Positions 9,017-21,158 are shown, counted from the first letter of the stretch. The stretch is 64,000 nucleotides of DNA from Lingula anatina (GCA_051362555.1 CM120646.1:5828001-5892000); one strand, 5' to 3'. Made by a program: numbers and translations. Notes: a model not told the origin generated them from the letters alone.

Positions 9017-10137
9017 TGTACATTTGAAAGCGAAAAATAAATTGATTCAAAATAATTTCACTTATCAAAGCACAATACACTACCAAGCTTATAGTGAAAT
9101 CCGCTATAAATAGATTCCTAAAACGTACAATAAGTTCAAATTTGGAAAACAAAGACTTTGGTACACAACGCAATAAATTGAAATCAGACAGAAATTCTAT
9201 TCAGAATTCCGCCTAAAATACAAAAGAATAAATAACAACAACACAGAAGTCAGTATTTTATTCTTTAAATAAACTAAATAAACAAAGAAACCAAAGTATT
9301 ACGTGTGCACCTCAGTCTTGGAAAATTTCGGTAGAGATCGTAACAATGCACAGGATAATGAGACCAACGTCTCCTTTATATCACCGACCTTTTCACGTAA
9401 GTACTGAAAAATAACGTAGATGTGCAGGAAAATCAGTGTCTCCTGATGCGGTGACCTTTACGATCCAAAATTGAAACAACAATTTTGACCGCCGCTCCAC
9501 CCAATTATTCAAATGGATGTTAGACAAAGGAATTTCCCGCGCAAACTACTTTCAGCTAGATCGCAGCGAAAACTAAGCTTTAGGCCCGCAAATATACAAG
9601 TTACGAATGCCTTGTCGCCAATAAAGTATTCACTGTGTCTACTTACTGAATTGGTGAGTGATCGCTGTCTATTGTTATGCTCTTTGATAGAATTGTAGAT
9701 GGATCGTCAATCTAGACACGTCCGGTACGAAGTGCAGAATATTAGACAATGATCTGTGACAGTTGTGATGTCACAATAGTGACGATCTCCTGCAGGGGGC
9801 GTGCTGTCCCCACCTGGCCTAGCTCACTCACCTGAGGTGGCCTATCTTGGCACATGAAGAGCAGACCAGGTGGAGGAAGGAAAAAACTCCGATCACAACA
9901 GGTATATAGTACATTTGGATATGTCCAAGTTGTAAGTTGTAGTATACAATGTATCATACATGTAGTTTTGTTAATAGGGGGTGTTGTTCATTCTGCACTG
10001 TGTGACCTACCCCGACTCATTTACATCACTTTAGTCAACAGATTTACTTAATTTTTGGCAAGTCTGAATAATGATACGAAAGCAGTTTACCAGCGCGAGC
10101 ACCTGCCAAGATTCATTTGATAAGTATACGGGGTACA
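9017..10137 (-). repeat. Putative 5' LTR (about 1.1 kb)
   Basis: Minus strand starts TGTAC (10137) and ends GTACA (9017). It contains TATATA (9908-9903), an AATAAA plus GT-rich tract (about 9260-9230), and is followed by A-TGGCGAG (PBS-like). The second LTR is not in the window. Confidence 0.45.
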
Positions 10138-12217
10138 TATTTAATCTTCAATTATACACTTCTAATTGTTATACAGCTATATCTCAAAGTACATTCCACA
10201 ATACAAATCTGCAGTAGAACATTTTTGAGCATCATCATATTAGTTCCCAGGAAAGCATTATTATGTAATTCATAGTAAACTTTGTAACGGTGCCTTATGT
10301 ACCCCCGGTACCATTAACTATGTGTGGATCGGTTGTGGTCTTCTGTAGTAAGTTTTGATACATGTTCTCAATTTATGTAAATGAAAATGTTTATCTTTAA
10401 CCATGGTCTCTAATAATTTATGTTGTAGTGGTATTTTTTCATTGCAGGTGAAAATGAAGAGTTTCATGCAAGTAACAGGAAAAATGGGTGCTACATAATG
10501 TGAAAGTGATCGTGATGATATCAATAAAGCAACCTTTGTTTATGTATCTATTTCTATACCTCTATTGATAGAGCTATGCAAGATATATTTACTGAGTGTT
10601 TGGACAGATCTAAAGCAACTAAAGGCATAGACTTGAAAGTAATTTTTCAATAAAAGTTGATAATTGCAGAAAACCAATAGCCCATGGTTTACCACTTAAT
10701 TGTTGGCTTATAATATTCAAAGAGAAAGACAGCAAAGGAATGGAAAATGAAAAAGAAAAAGAAAACAAGGGAAACATACATTTTGCAGTTTAGTATACAT
10801 TAATCATGCCCTCTCTAAGAATTCATGATTTTGTAAAAAAACATGCAAAATTATAATTTTGTGATTAATGTTGAAAATGACACTATCTTTAAATAATAAT
10901 TATAAACATTATGAGACATGATCACAAAGCTTAAATATGCTTTGTGACATTTTTCTTTTCATTTTCTTTCATATAGTAAAACTAGTATTCGCTGTAACAA
11001 GAAAGTCCATGTGTTTTTAAACAGCCGGTTGTACTTGATAATAAATGCAAATTAAGTGCCCTGGTTATATACAATGTCTTCAAATATTTTAATTGCCAAA
11101 TGCCTACAGAGAAGTTCTTTAACATAAAACAATCAAAAACTGCATTTATAAATTATATCACTGACAATGCAACACATGGTGTAGATTGTAACAGCATGAT
11201 GCCTTGGTTTTGAAGGTGGATTTATTAGTATCATCATGTTAATTTATTATTTTTTTCTACTATTATAACTTGCCAGATAAAATTGTTCAACATGTTTCAG
11301 TATGTTGTATATGTTGAATAAAGGATTTTAAAGAAATATATGCTTATTGAAAATACTTATCTGCCAATTAAAATGAAGAAAACAATCCACTTATCTTATC
11401 AATGTCACATAAAACACAGATAACATTTAGAAATACATATATTAGCCAATTTAAGCTTGCACATTTACCACTGAAAATTTTAACCAGCTCCTTAGATATT
11501 GTTTTTGTACAAATATCAGTCGTAACATCGTAAAATGGAATTAGGACTAAACCTTATACAAACAGTAACATATATCAACATAAAAATAGAATTACCGACC
11601 ATATTTAAAACAAGTATTCCCCAAAGTGCAAATAGGTGAAAATGTAAACAAACATTCAGTTGGGCTCGTCTTGGCCGATGCATGACGTCAAATCCTGAAT
11701 TTTACACTATCTTCCTACGAAAACAGCTGAGGCATTTGTTTACAAGGATAGATTTGAATAAAAATTTAGCCACACAATTATGGCTTTTAAACACATTATA
11801 CAGGCTCTGGAATTTCCCGCACACTCTCTAGTTTGCAAATTTTAAGGAAAGTTACGATGTTGCCAAGGAAAAATGTCACCGCGACGTGTGAGTTTGGCAA
11901 ACATAAACTCGGTCAAATGAAACATTTCAAAATAAAATATTACATGGGTATGAAGCTTAAATACCCAATTAATATAACATCTGATTGGAAGTATTAGATA
12001 TTTACTTCTGCAGATAATATTGACATTTTTCGGTCAAATTTCCTCTGTTTCACAAAACGAACGCGACGTAACGTAATGGCGCGTGAAAAAACTACGTAAA
12101 AACCCTACGCCGTGACAGTATGTGTCCTACTGAATAGAATATATTATATGTCGATGAGTTGTTTACAATGCATTTACTGTAAAATATAGATTTCATATGA
12201 AGAGTTGTTATCCCTTA

Positions 12218-12789
12218 AAGTACCTGAATCAGTAAGGAAAAAGACGGGAGGTTGCAATGAAGTATTGTATTTATTATGCACCTATAGAATGACATATATC
12301 TTGTTCACTGGCGTAGATGTCTTTTTATGAGTTCCAAATTCCCTAAATCATGAAACCGCTCTTTCATTTCGGCGAAGCAATATCTTCTAAATTCTTCTTC
12401 GATATCTTCTAAATTAAAGAAAAAACGATGATATACAGATTGGTTCTTAATAATGTGCACCTGGTGTTTAGAAGGTGGTTTGGGTAGGACATTTGCAGTC
12501 TATCCAGTCCATTGCACATTTCTTCTTTTTCCTTCCGCCAAAGTCAAAAAGTGTATACACCACATGCCTAAAAAATAAACTGCTTGATGTATTGTCTTCA
12601 ACGGCTGCCCCCCCCCTATTTTTTTTTCTCAACCTAAGACTCTGCAATGTGATTCTGCTTTAATCAATATACGAAAAGTTTTCACCCGTCCTACATATTC
12701 CGCCACCAGAAGATGCCCTCTTTGGTCAACGGCCACAGCCACTGGCCGCTCGACTTGAGGTTTACTAACCACGTGTCTCAAAAACTGAT
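12218..12789 (-). pseudogene. Truncated duplicate of the TRIM-NHL 3' coding end and 3' UTR
   Basis: Clear nucleotide similarity to about 18156-18801; encodes QFLRHVVSKPQVERPVAVAVDQRGHLLVAEY. Confidence 0.85.
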
Positions 12790-13036
12790 TCAACTTGGAC
12801 ATAATAACAATAATTCATTATTATGTCCAAGATTCAAAGAACGAACTGGTAGTGCCGTCTCTCAGACGCCTCTTAACGTGCAAAAAAGACATGCACCGTG
12901 TCTATTTCGTATTTTTAAGCCCTATAGCAGCAGAATTGACAAGACCCATGCCGCATTCGTCTTTTAGCCTACTACAGAGCTTTGAGCCCCGAAAAAAACA
13001 TGGCTGTGTCTGTTTCGCCACTTACTGAACGCTATA

Positions 13037-13185
13037 GAGTGCATTCCCATTGTTTTAGATCGATCCATTTTGATCGACCTGACTCGATCCCTGGGGGTTC
13101 ACGCTAAATTGCTGTCAGTCGAGCGCGCATGATAGTTAATTACCCCCTTGCAGCTTGTAGTACTCGGGACAGACGCACAGGCTCT
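13037..13185 (+). mobile_element. Partial copy of the MITE at 56897-57102
   Basis: Shared sequence gtgcattccc...tcacgctaaattgc..gtcag.cgagcgcgca...ttaattacccccttgcagctt. Confidence 0.7.
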
Positions 13186-13507
13186 TATGGGTCACGGAAG
13201 CCTACTGGTCCACCGCCGCATAGCGTCATTCTACGGGTTGATTGCAACAACACAACTTTTGTGTATGCACCGCCCAGATTGCTTGGAATAACTGTGAAGA
13301 TGGTAAAATGGGTTTGCTGTGTCATTTTTTCCATATAATTTATGCATAATAATATAATGGATCATAATATTTACTTATAGTAACTTATAGTAACTGGCTC
13401 GCGCTGCCAGTAATTACGCGGCGGGATATTCAGTGCACAGACCGTGATCATAAGACATGCCGCAAATAGAAAATAGAATTTAGAAAATAGACATTGCATG
13501 TGAACGA

Positions 13508-13659
13508 AGCCCTAGGTTTCAGAGTCCGGCTCGATCTTGATTTCTTATATAACCCACATCAGCAACACCGTATAGGCCTATAAAGCGTACCAGAGTAAAG
13601 AGAGAAGATAGGCTATAGTGAACAAGCTAATTTTTAATAATGTCCTATCACTCAGGGTA
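13508..13659 (+). mobile_element. Second copy of the short TACCCT...AGGGTA element
   Basis: Shares ccctaggtt, gctcgatcttgatttc.tatataaccca and cactcagggta with 16432-16571. Confidence 0.6.
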
Positions 13660-14068
13660 ATATCTACGTCAAAATTTCTTGACATAATTGACCCATTTTT
13701 GACATTCAGACTGACGTCATTTTTTATTTAAGATTAAAAACTGAGAACGAGGCAAGGGGAATCCCGGTGGTTATCCCCGTATAAAAACAGATTCATGGCA
13801 TTTTGGGATTTTTTGGGATTCTGTGTACAAATTGAGTTATAGGTCATGATAATGAAGAAGTAGATAATGAAGAAGCACAGGTGGAATACCAGACAAGACC
13901 AGGCTCACGTGACAAGAATGTTTAGATGTTTTCATTACCATTTTTGTGGGTCATTCAAACAACGAAGGGAACGAAAAAAACTTTGAAGTATCTTACATGT
14001 ATTTAAATGGCAAAATAACAGAACTAACTTGTTGACAATCAAGTTTCAAGGTTTATTTCAGCACTATC

Positions 14069-15711
14069 ATGGCAAGTTCAACTCTCCGACAACAACAGAT
14101 ATCGCAACGTTACAGATATGACTTCTGTGTGCAGTACTACAACATGGATCAAGCAAGGGGGACCCAGATTATGAGGATAGAAGGAAGAGCTTAAAGTTTG
14201 TCAAAAAATTAGTGGAACTCTTAGAAAAGATCACATGGCCTGGTAAGGCCACACTGTTTTATTTTTATGGATGACATCCTCTGGGGACCCCGAAATCGGT
14301 GCGAGAGGGCGAAAAAAAAAAAAAAAAAAAACAGTCCAAAAAAAAAAAAAAAATGCTGCTTAAGTAAAGGAATGCTGTCAGTACACAGCTGGAAACTCAA
14401 TTTTACCACAGAAACACGTATCCAACTAACAATATGTCTTTGTCAATACGTCATTGTGAATACTTCGTAGAAAGGTAAAAAAAGTCATGAATATATGGCC
14501 ACTAACCTCTTCACTATAGCCTATCTTCATCGTGTCAAGTTACCTCTGACGAAAATAGTTTGACCTAGTTTATATAAGCCAATCGAATCCATGTTTCAAA
14601 ATTTTTCACCAAAGTTTGGTGAAAACGCTGATTGGTTGACCGTCAATCGGCAATCCTCGGCTGATTCCGCAAGCTCCATACTAACAACAAAGTTATTGTC
14701 GAGTGCGGAGACATCCGAGTAGTTCCGAGTGCATAACCGAACACAACTACGAGTGACTACGTAAAATAACGTGTTAAGTTATCTCTTGATTCTTTGCAAA
14801 ATATGAGTATATCGGAATTGAAACCAGAGCAGTTTGAGGCCCTGCATCATTATCTACTGAGGGATGATGTATTTTGCGTGCTGCCCACACTGATATTCAG
14901 CCTTATCTTTGATTGGTCCGGATTTGAACAAAGCGCGCTTTGACTCGTTCGCGTTCATTGGCTAGATCGTTCAATGAGTCATTGAGTGCGGGCTTTAAAT
15001 TTGATTGGCGGGCGGCGGGGGCTATCGAATGTGGTCAGAGGTAACTTGACACGATGAAGATAGGCTATAGTGAAGAGGTTAGTGGCAAGTTATCTCTGAA
15101 GCTCAGGGTGGTGTGCTGTTATTTGGGAAAGATATAAAATATGCTGGGTTCTAAGAACAATGCCACTAATTATGACACCTTTACCAAATTATAGTAAAGT
15201 ATTACTTTTAATAGGACCAACCGATTGCGTTAGAGGTGACCCACAGGCACAGTTTGGAAGCAATCATCCACAGAACACACCCGGGGCTGATGCTGATAAT
15301 GAGAATGCGGAGAATGGGCCTTCTTCGCCAGATCAGGCGCTCCCACCAGGCCACATTCAGGCAGATAAAGACAGCTCTGAATTCAACACTCACGAGGCTT
15401 CAGCACCAAGAGACATGGGGCAGCAGTTAGGTGAACTCTCACAAACAGAACCCCCATCGAACCCTGGTAGTATTGACCTGACTGTAATGAAGAGCCCGCC
15501 ACCTGTTCCAGAAGAATGGACTGCTAAGGCGGAGGAGGATGGGCATCAGGGTGGGAGTGGAGAGCTGCAGGAGGGGGGCGAGGCTAAGGGAGATCCAGTG
15601 CAGGGCAGTGTAAATGTCACCATGCGGTGGACATATCAAATAATAAGAAACAATGTGGCACAGTTTGTGCACTCAATAAGCCAGTCGTTGAGTGATAATC
15701 TAGGGCTTTGA
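14069..15711 (+). pseudogene. Candidate two-exon gene or pseudogene: partial TIR-like N-terminus plus low-complexity tail
   Basis: Exon 14062-14242 has acceptor tttcag, ATG at 14069 and donor G|gtaagg. It reads YRYDFCVQY..(1-nt shift in G run)..KFVKKLVELLEK. A phase-1 junction fits acceptor 15215 into ORF 15160-15711. Confidence 0.4.
14500..15084. mobile_element. Non-autonomous DNA transposon with about 51-bp perfect TIRs and a RecQ-like helicase remnant (AcademH-like or CACTA-like)
   Basis: cactaacctcttcactatagcctatcttcatcgtgtcaagttacctctgac and its exact inverse; internal ELKPEQFEAL..DVFCVLPT at 14803-14899. Confidence 0.8.
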
Positions 15712-15928
15712 TAAAGCACCTGGTGGTAAATTCCAGTCGTAAGTGTTTTGTGAAAAATGTACATGTACTTAACTGGGGAGAATGTTCTGTGCCGAAACAC
15801 TGACATCTCTTAGTCTCTTGACTGATATGAGACACCAGACTGTTTGCTACTGTGTCATATATAACATGTTTGTGTGTGTGGAGAGATAGAAGGAGAGACT
15901 CGCTTTTCTCTTTATACATATATGAATT

Positions 15929-15934
<6 letters not shown>

Positions 15935-15974
<40 letters not shown>
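15935..15974. repeat. (TA)n microsatellite
   Basis: Direct reading. Confidence 0.95.
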
Positions 15975-15976
<2 letters not shown>

Positions 15977-16079
15977 TCAACAGTCCGGAGCATTTATACA
16001 CAATTAAAATAAATAAATAAATAAATAAACATGGACATGTAATAAAGAAATATGTGTACCGATGAAGAAGCCCGGCAGA

Positions 16080-17010
16080 GCAGCGTGCGTCACATCGGTA
16101 GGACTATATAGGGACGACGGCCTAGCCGTGATGAAATCTTGCGGTGGAAGCGAAGCTGGCAGCATTAGAAAGGATCTAGTCAAGCTCTTCAAAAGTTATG
16201 ACCTTAACATCACTGTATCCACCAACGATAGAGCAGTTAACTTCCTTGATGTTAACCTAGACTTAGAATCCGGGAAACACAGGCCGTTCGTAAAACCGAA
16301 CGCCCAGCCGATCTATGTTCACAAAAACTCAAATCACCCCCCCCCCCCCCCCCGGAATCATAAGGAACATGCCGAAAGCCATCGGCGAAAGATTGCAATC
16401 CCTTTCGTCTGAGGGGGTGGTAGCAGAAGGATACCCTAGGTTCTAGATTCCGGTATTGCCAGCTCGATCTTGATTTCATATATAACCCATAGTAGCAATA
16501 CCAGGTAAAAGCGACTCCACCACAAGGTATATTTAGCAAGCTAGCTTTTACGTTGCGTGTCACTCAGGGTACAGAAGGATCAGACAACGTATAAACGACG
16601 GCGCTTTAAACGGCGGGATATAACGTAAGGTCGTTGGGTAATAATTTTAAAGCAAGCAGCTCTCGCCCCAGTGAAAAGAAAAGACGCAACAGAAAAGTTA
16701 TTTGGTTTAACTCACCACAGTCAAAAATGTTAGAACGAAAATTGGACATATATTCCTCCAGTTGTTAGACAAACACTTCCCTCGCGGAAGCTAGCTTTAC
16801 CGATTATTTAAAAGATCCACTGTAAAAGTTAGTTACTGTTGTACGAAAAACATACAGCAAATCATTCACGGTCACAATAAGAAAATTCTAAAAAATATGT
16901 CAGTTAGTACTCAAGATAAGAAATGTTATTGTAGATTTCCAAGCAAGTGTCCTTTGAGAGGGGAATGTTTGTCTAGCAATATTGTGTACCAAGCAACAGT
17001 TACTACAAAT
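16080..17010 (+). mobile_element. Decayed Penelope-like element (Naiad-type), RT C-terminus to start of GIY-YIG
   Basis: GLYRDDGL, VNFLDV, YVHKNSNHPP, RKVIWFN, VKVSYCC, CPLRGECLSSNIVYQATV, with frameshifts and stops. Confidence 0.88.
16432..16571. mobile_element. 140-bp MITE nested in the Penelope remnant
   Basis: TACCCT...AGGGTA termini flanked by the 8-bp duplication CAGAAGGA. Confidence 0.8.
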
Positions 17011-17029
17011 ATTATACTGATTTTATTTA

Positions 17030-17765
17030 TGCGTGTGATTTTAAAAAGAATTTAATGTCAATACTTACAGAAAACAAAAACAAACAGTAAAGGTTTTATT
17101 AATCAACTTGTTTTCCTTTCTGAGGGTGAATTTAACATGATTGATTTCTCAGGTGTGTGGGTGATAAAGCTTAGGTTTTAAGTATCCGGTTATCACCTGA
17201 TCTTTCATACAAACCGGGGGATTGCTGTGGTGGATCCTGCAATGGACATCATTTGATCAGTGATACATTATAGTAAAGATGGATTGGTTTACAGTACGAA
17301 CCAAAGAAAGCTAGAAAGAGGCAACTCCTAGAGGTACAGAAAATAAGCTGCTTGAAGTTATACATTTGGCACCTTTGAAAGGAAATTTGGAAGTAGAGTA
17401 TACATAAGACACCTCACGTGAAAATTGGGGTTTGGCTATCGTTTGGGCGTGGTAGTCAAAAGGGTATAAAAAGAGACCGCTGGCTCTCTTTTAACTTACT
17501 TACTCGCTTACTTACTACTTACTTATTCACTACTTCATTACAGTTCTTCGTGTGGATTTAACTTAGTGTCGGCTACAGTGATCTTCAAGCTATTAATTTC
17601 AAATAGCTACTTTCTAGGCAGTTGCTCACCAGGTTAAAGTGTATTTATCAATTGTTTCATCAACGGAATAAATAACTTTTAGAAAAAAACAGTAACTTGT
17701 CCTTCCTTGATTATCACCGGGATAGAGAGACTAACATCAGGAATAGACCCCCACGTACACATACA
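17030..17765 (+). mobile_element. Possible solo LTR
   Basis: CACGTG, GC box and TATAAAA (about 17465), a pyrimidine-rich start and AATAAA (about 17667); truncates the Penelope copy. Termini unresolved. Confidence 0.35.
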
Positions 17766-17879
17766 ATAAACTCGGTTGATACAAAGAACAAATGCTTGTA
17801 CTTGTACAATTTTCTATTCAGTCAAGACCAGATATTTTTGTATAATTTTTTTATTCAACCAATACCAGATATATACATA

Positions 17880-17882
<3 letters not shown>

Positions 17883-17956
<74 letters not shown>
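17883..17956. repeat. (TA)n microsatellite
   Basis: Direct reading. Confidence 0.95.
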
Positions 17957-17964
<8 letters not shown>

Positions 17965-18671
17965 TAAAGTCAAAACAAGTCACATAATGATTGGAATGGT
18001 TAATTATTCTTCGTTACGTTTTTGCCTCTTTTATCTCTTAACGTTTGTCTAATTATAAACAACCATAGCAGTGTTGTCAAAATACAGAGTTTCAAATGGA
18101 TACAAAGCACGTTAGACCTTTATAATGCAAGAGCTAAGTTTTATCGTTCACATTAAGTACCTGAATAAGTCAGAAAAAGACGGGAGGTTGCGATGAAGTA
18201 CTTTATTTATTATGCACCTATGAATTGGAAGGTCGTAGGGTCAATAGGTTTGTACACAAAATGACATTTTGTTCACTGGCGTAGAGGTATTTTTATAAGT
18301 CCCAAATTTCCTAAATCATGAAGCTGTTATGTCATTTCGGCGAAGCGATTTCTCGATATCTTCTGAATTAAAGATAACACAGAAAAAAACTTAACCATTG
18401 TACAGAGCTTGGTTTTTAATAATCTGCACCTGATGTTTAGGGGCTGGGGACGGTAGGAATTTTGCAATCGATCCAGTCCATTTAATTGCTTATCTGTTAT
18501 TTTTCCCTCAGCCTGGGTGAAAAGGTTATACCCCACCCTCCTAAAAATCAAACTTCTTGATGTATTGCCTTCAACGGCTGCCACCCCCCCCCCCCCCCGC
18601 CGCCATTTTATTCTCAGCCTGCTGAATATTGTACGACTCTGCAATGAGATATTTCTAAGATTCTCCTTCAA

Positions 18672-20630
18672 TCAACAGACATAACTAAAAATTTTCACCC
18701 GTCCTCCATATTCCGCCACCAGTAGATGTCCTCTATGGTCAACGGCCACAGCCACTGGCCGCTCAACTTGAGGTTTACTAACAACGTGTCTCAAAAACTG
18801 ACCATCCGAGTCCAAAGTGACGACCCTGTGGTTCCACTGGTCTGCAATGAAGATGTGTCCAAAGTTGTCCGTGCACAGTCCATAGGGGTGGTAGAGCTCT
18901 CCGTCCCCGGAGCCTTGATTCCCAGGGTGCCCGTACTGAAACACAACATGACCCTGGGGTGTCACCCCGTATACACAGTGTTCGTTACAGTCACTCACCA
19001 CAATGACGTCATTTGCTGGTAGAACTGCAATATAACACGGGTCTCTGCAGGCAAGAAGCCTGATCTTTTTCATCAGACTATATTTGACGGAGTCGTACAC
19101 ACATATGTGTTTATCGGTGTTTCCCACATCACAGACAAGTATGTTTCCGTGGTTGTCCACTGTAACACCCCATGGCTTGGACATATCGCTCTGACCAAAT
19201 GTGTGGATAAGTTTACCATAGGTAGTATACACCCGGTATCCATCCTTACATGTGACTACCAGCCTGTCGTTATTGAGGACAGTGACACCCCTGGGGTCGG
19301 GGATATGAACATGAAATAACGCCTCGCCAGATGACGATGTTGCCTCGAGTTTACCGCGAAGGCCAGAAACCAAATAAACATCCCCGCTGCGACAGCATGT
19401 GATGTTCCACAAACTTGACAACTTGCAAGTGAATCTGCCTACCAAACACGCAGTCTGCAGCCACTTTGCCGATTTTACTTGTTCTGTTGCTTCAGAGCAA
19501 ACTTGCTCACATGGTGCACATGGTGACATCTGGGGAGCCGGCTGGATCTCTTTCAGAGTTCCTAAGACTGGAAGATTTCCTTTGATGAAAATCATCTCAG
19601 TGGTTTCGATTGGTGGGCTGGGAGTAAGATTCTTCATCTCTGTCATTCTGACCTGTATGTTCTTAGCATGTGCCATCACCTCTGTGTCGGTACCATGTTG
19701 GAGAAGCTGCTTGGCAAACCCACACACGCTGTCAATGGCTACCTTCTGCAGGTGAATGCGATCTTTTTCAGACTGAAGGATCTCGATTTGAGCTGTGGCA
19801 TGGGCCTCTGCCTTTCTTGTTAATTCATCATAAGTGGTGTCCAGCTCTCTTTTAGTTTCTAAAACTTGTTGTTTCATGATCGACATGACATTGCTTTTGT
19901 TATCTTCTGTATCTTTCTGCAGTGTGTTTAGTGCTTCCTCGGCATTTTCAAATGTATGCATATTCTGAAGCAGAACTTTAATGGCTTCTTCTAGCATCTC
20001 CTTCTGTGCAAGTGATTCACCTGCAATATCCAAACAGTCGTGAAGTTTGTGTTTTGTGACAATGCATTCCCGACATACAACAGTGTCGTCATCTTTACAA
20101 TAGAATGCCAGCTTCTCTCCCTCGTGTTCCTCGCAGAGCAGGGTCGCGTTCACGAACGCTTTAAGCTGTTTGCTGAGTGCCCCTGCGTGATTGTGAGATC
20201 TGGTCAGTTCCGACACGAGGGTCAGTCTGTGTCCACCTAGAATCTTCATGCAGTTATGCTGTTTGTCTCGGCAGTTTTGGCAAAAGAAGTACCTGCAATC
20301 TTGGCAGTAAGACTCGGCAATTTGCGACTCACAATTTCCGCACATTTCACCTTCACTCGCTTTTGTCAACACCAAGTCCTTCGCCTTGGTCAAGAAGGAG
20401 TTCCGGTCAAGTTTCTCCAGTCCACCTGCTGGAACGGAGGTCCCGTGGTCGCATACTGGACACTTGATGCGGCCCTCTCCCGTCCCATCCGCTGCCACCT
20501 GCTGGGCAATGCAACCCAGACAGAAAGTGTGGTAACATGGGAGGACGCGCGGGTCGGCAAATTCGTTACCACAAACGTGACATGTCAGAAAATTATCACT
20601 GCTGAAATCATAGAACTCTGCAGAAGCCAT
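18672..20630 (-). CDS. Intronless TRIM-NHL E3 ubiquitin ligase (RING, two B-boxes, coiled coil, NHL repeats; TRIM2/3/56/71-like)
   Basis: CHVC..LPCYHTFCLGC..CPVC RING; CGNC..CQDC and CEEH..CKDD..CREC B-boxes; GSGDGELYHPYGL..IFIADQWNHRV NHL repeat. Confidence 0.95.
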   Translation of the reverse strand: MASAEFYDFSSDNFLTCHVCGNEFADPRVLPCYHTFCLGCIAQQVAADGTGEGRIKCPVCDHGTSVPAGGLEKLDRNSFLTKAKDLVLTKASEGEMCGNCESQIAESYCQDCRYFFCQNCRDKQHNCMKILGGHRLTLVSELTRSHNHAGALSKQLKAFVNATLLCEEHEGEKLAFYCKDDDTVVCRECIVTKHKLHDCLDIAGESLAQKEMLEEAIKVLLQNMHTFENAEEALNTLQKDTEDNKSNVMSIMKQQVLETKRELDTTYDELTRKAEAHATAQIEILQSEKDRIHLQKVAIDSVCGFAKQLLQHGTDTEVMAHAKNIQVRMTEMKNLTPSPPIETTEMIFIKGNLPVLGTLKEIQPAPQMSPCAPCEQVCSEATEQVKSAKWLQTACLVGRFTCKLSSLWNITCCRSGDVYLVSGLRGKLEATSSSGEALFHVHIPDPRGVTVLNNDRLVVTCKDGYRVYTTYGKLIHTFGQSDMSKPWGVTVDNHGNILVCDVGNTDKHICVYDSVKYSLMKKIRLLACRDPCYIAVLPANDVIVVSDCNEHCVYGVTPQGHVVFQYGHPGNQGSGDGELYHPYGLCTDNFGHIFIADQWNHRVVTLDSDGQFLRHVVSKPQVERPVAVAVDHRGHLLVAEYGGRVKIFSYVC

Positions 20631-21102
20631 CTCGTAATATAATGTGTAGCCAGATTGAGTCAGATTTAGTCGCTAAGTTTGCAGATTTGCCCTACATTCT
20701 CTGACGAACTCTGCGCCTGTATAGTTTCGTATACTGATGTGTCGGATCACGCTACATGAATAAGTGACTGATTATTTTTTTATGTTGTTAAAAACGTTGA
20801 AAATTTGCCTACGCTATGATTAATGCCGTAGCAGTAGAATTTCACGTACCAAAAATGGATTGGATCACGCTACCTGACCGAGTGTCTGATGTCTTTTCAT
20901 GCATGATAGGTTAACATGTTTACACAGGGACCAGTTAGAGCGATTTCAATCAAGAATTATGCTTATACAACTAGCCAAAATTCTATATTTTTCATTTCTC
21001 TTGTTTAAAAGTCTGAAAAGTCGAGCATGACAGTTTGCGACAAAAGTGAAATTAAAAAGTTGAAAAAAGTTTGTGTGCGTGTGATTTTGTTTATGTGTGT
21101 GC

Positions 21103-21104
<2 letters not shown>

Positions 21105-21158
<54 letters not shown>
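21105..21158. repeat. (GA)n microsatellite
   Basis: Direct reading. Confidence 0.95.

Larger units (their letters stand above)
1..10137 (-). mobile_element. Ty3/Gypsy LTR retrotransposon (3' end outside window)
   Basis: Gag with CCHC knuckle, aspartic protease DTGA, then RT-RNaseH-integrase in Gypsy order. The 5' boundary is inferred from the putative LTR. Confidence 0.93.

Noticed and set aside
9488-9620. Alternative primer-binding sites (TGGGTGGAGCGG, TGGCGACAAGG)
   Set aside because: Neither follows a CA LTR end; kept only as fallbacks.
18327-18671. 114-aa ORF abutting the TRIM stop (readthrough candidate)
   Set aside because: Starts with a non-ATG codon, has no domain, and the paralogous copy has frame-breaking indels, so it is 3' UTR.
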